Assembly (NCBI GenBank): GCA_030295235.1
Contig: AP026164.1
Coordinates: forward strand, 1,364,001 to 1,428,000
DNA from: Fistulifera solaris
Lineage: Eukaryota
DNA: 64,000 bases
Reading direction: 5' to 3'
The first letter of the stretch is position 1. Every line of letters begins with the position of its first letter. Below, piece after piece: positions 62,612 through 64,000 of the stretch. The notes under the pieces are model-generated. The model made no database searches and was not told the DNA's origin. It saw only the letters and a list, made by a program, of their open reading frames with translations. The position numbers and the translations under genes were made by a program.

Positions 62612-63546
62612 ATGAGGAGGCGTAAAACGACAAGTACACCATCGTATCATGGCGATGAAAAGGACGAGTTAAAGTCGAAGGGCTCGGGTCGAGAGAGCCG
62701 CTTGGTTGTGTATGGCATGGCGTTTTGCGTGCTGTATGTGCTTGCCCCCCTCGGTCCACATATCATGCGAGCTTTGCCCTTGCTTTTGAGTGGCAGAAAG
62801 CATGAATTTTCCACCATCTTTCGTTATGACATACCATGGGCATGGGCAAAAGATGCGCACCGAGAAGTGTTTCCGGAAATGACCCCTACTTCCTTAGGTT
62901 CGAATTTCGACATAATTATTCAAGAGTATGATGCATACAGAAAGCTATATGGAGAAGCGACGAGTTTCGCTGATATTGACAAGAAGTATCAAGGTTTCAA
63001 GGACAAAGAACCTTGGGGATCTCAGTTTCTGCGAGTTTATGGCGTAGACACGTGCTACGCAGACTACTTTCCCAAAACAATGGAACTTTTCAATCATTGG
63101 GAGTATGAAGCTACTTCGATTATGATTTCCAGGCTTGCACCGGGTCAGACACTACCGGCTCACCTTGGACCTACCAAACTGGTCCTTCGCCATTTGATGG
63201 TCTTGAAAGCAGACTTTGAACCCGAGCCTTCGGCTATCCATATTGGATCATGTTATGCAAAGCCACAAAGCTGTGAACTAAAGAAGTATCCTTGGGAAAA
63301 GAAGGCCAAGAGCGTGTATTTGATGACTCTTTCTGGCACATGGCAGATAATCCCACTCATAAGGAACGAATTGCACTGTTCACCGACGTGAAGCGTGAAA
63401 TGAAAGGGTGGCGAGAGCAGCTGATTTACGATTTGATTATGTACGTCATCAGAGTCAGTGCGTTTGAACCAAAGCATTCTATTGTGGAAAACACGAATCG
63501 TTTTTGCGAGGCTGCAAAACGCAAACAATCGGGCCAATCAAGTTAG
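62612..63546 (+). CDS. Aspartyl/asparaginyl beta-hydroxylase-family (AspH/LpxO-like) 2OG-Fe(II) dioxygenase with N-terminal TM; frameshift near 63300
   Basis: ISRLAPGQTLPAHLGP...LRHL and EGQERVFDDSFWHMADN...RIALFTDV. Confidence 0.82.
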
Positions 63547-63728
63547 GTTGAAGCGTATGTTTGAGTGGGTTCAATAATTGTAAAGTGACAGTCATTACCA
63601 AAACTCTCTACTCAATTTTTGACTTTGGGTGTAGGTATGACTTCTACAGGGATTAAGTGTCAAACTAGCGAATGTCAAGAGAGCGGGTTCGAGCAAAGAA
63701 TGCTCGCGTTTGCTCATGCATTATGGAG

Positions 63729-64000
63729 TCATGGCGTGCCAACTTTTGTGCTATCCTTGATCGAAATGACGACGTCGTCACTCATTCCCTTTAAAAGCAT
63801 CTGACCTTGATAATCGATGACCCCTCGTTTCTTTGCTGATTTTAGTGTCCCTACAAGAGCTTCGTAATAATTTGCGACTTGGTCATCGTCAAACAATTCT
63901 CCGAACTTGACCTGCGGCGAACCAGGTTCACCTATGCGTTGAATGTCCTGTACGAGTTGTCTGATTTCCTCATTTATGCGTTCCTTGTTGATTCAAAGAG
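63729..64000 (-). CDS. Costars (ABRACL-like) actin-associated domain; 3' end of a gene running off the window
   Basis: Manual translation gives INEEIRQLVQDIQRIGEPGSPQVKFGELFDDDQVANYYEALVGTLKSAKKRGVIDYQGQMLLKGMSDDVVISIKDSTKVGTP*. It is absent from the ORF track. Confidence 0.85.

Noticed and set aside
10024..63546. Frameshifts in many genes (E3 ligase, STT3, M13, VPS54, carrier, PPR, desaturase, SND1, HIS6, ATG13, AspH) suggesting mass pseudogenisation or programmed frameshifting
   Set aside because: Most are single-base indels in or near homopolymer runs of essential genes whose motifs are otherwise intact. This is the signature of unpolished long-read assembly; short-read polishing would settle it.

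Overview
Gene-dense eukaryotic nuclear DNA, very probably from a (pennate) diatom. This is an inference from short 74-213 nt spliceosomal introns, bipartite 'ASAF'-type plastid presequences on FabH, FabB and a desaturase, and the gene repertoire. About 25 protein-coding genes are supported: an HMG-box TF, DONSON, an M16A insulinase, a gp78/HRD1-like RING-CUE E3 ligase, a trypanosomatid-type STT3 with an ankyrin-like tail, an M13 peptidase, VPS54, a TVP15-like protein, plastid FabH, a Zn-MDR dehydrogenase, plastid FabB, two tandem paralogous EF-hand/Cys-rich type I membrane proteins, a mitochondrial carrier, a PPR protein, a plastid cytochrome-b5 front-end desaturase, Tudor-SN, a HEAT protein, HIS6, an NC2beta-like protein, ATG13, an AspH-family hydroxylase, and a Costars domain at the right edge that the ORF track misses. 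Many genes carry single-base frameshifts, mostly in homopolymers; these look like long-read assembly errors rather than pseudogenisation. Notable structure: (1) micro-exons of 14, 6 and 28 nt lying on or beside catalytic motifs of three neighbouring enzymes, one using a GC donor; (2) a fabH/MDR/fabB fatty-acid synthesis cluster, plus a decayed intron-containing fabH copy 18 kb away; (3) a 2.54 kb direct tandem duplication whose units each hold an internally deleted PIF/Harbinger element with TIRs and TAA target-site duplications; (4) a run of unrelated 7-bp tandem duplications upstream of the HMG gene, and GTAC-rich intergenic tracts. All family assignments come from motif recognition by eye; no database search was run.
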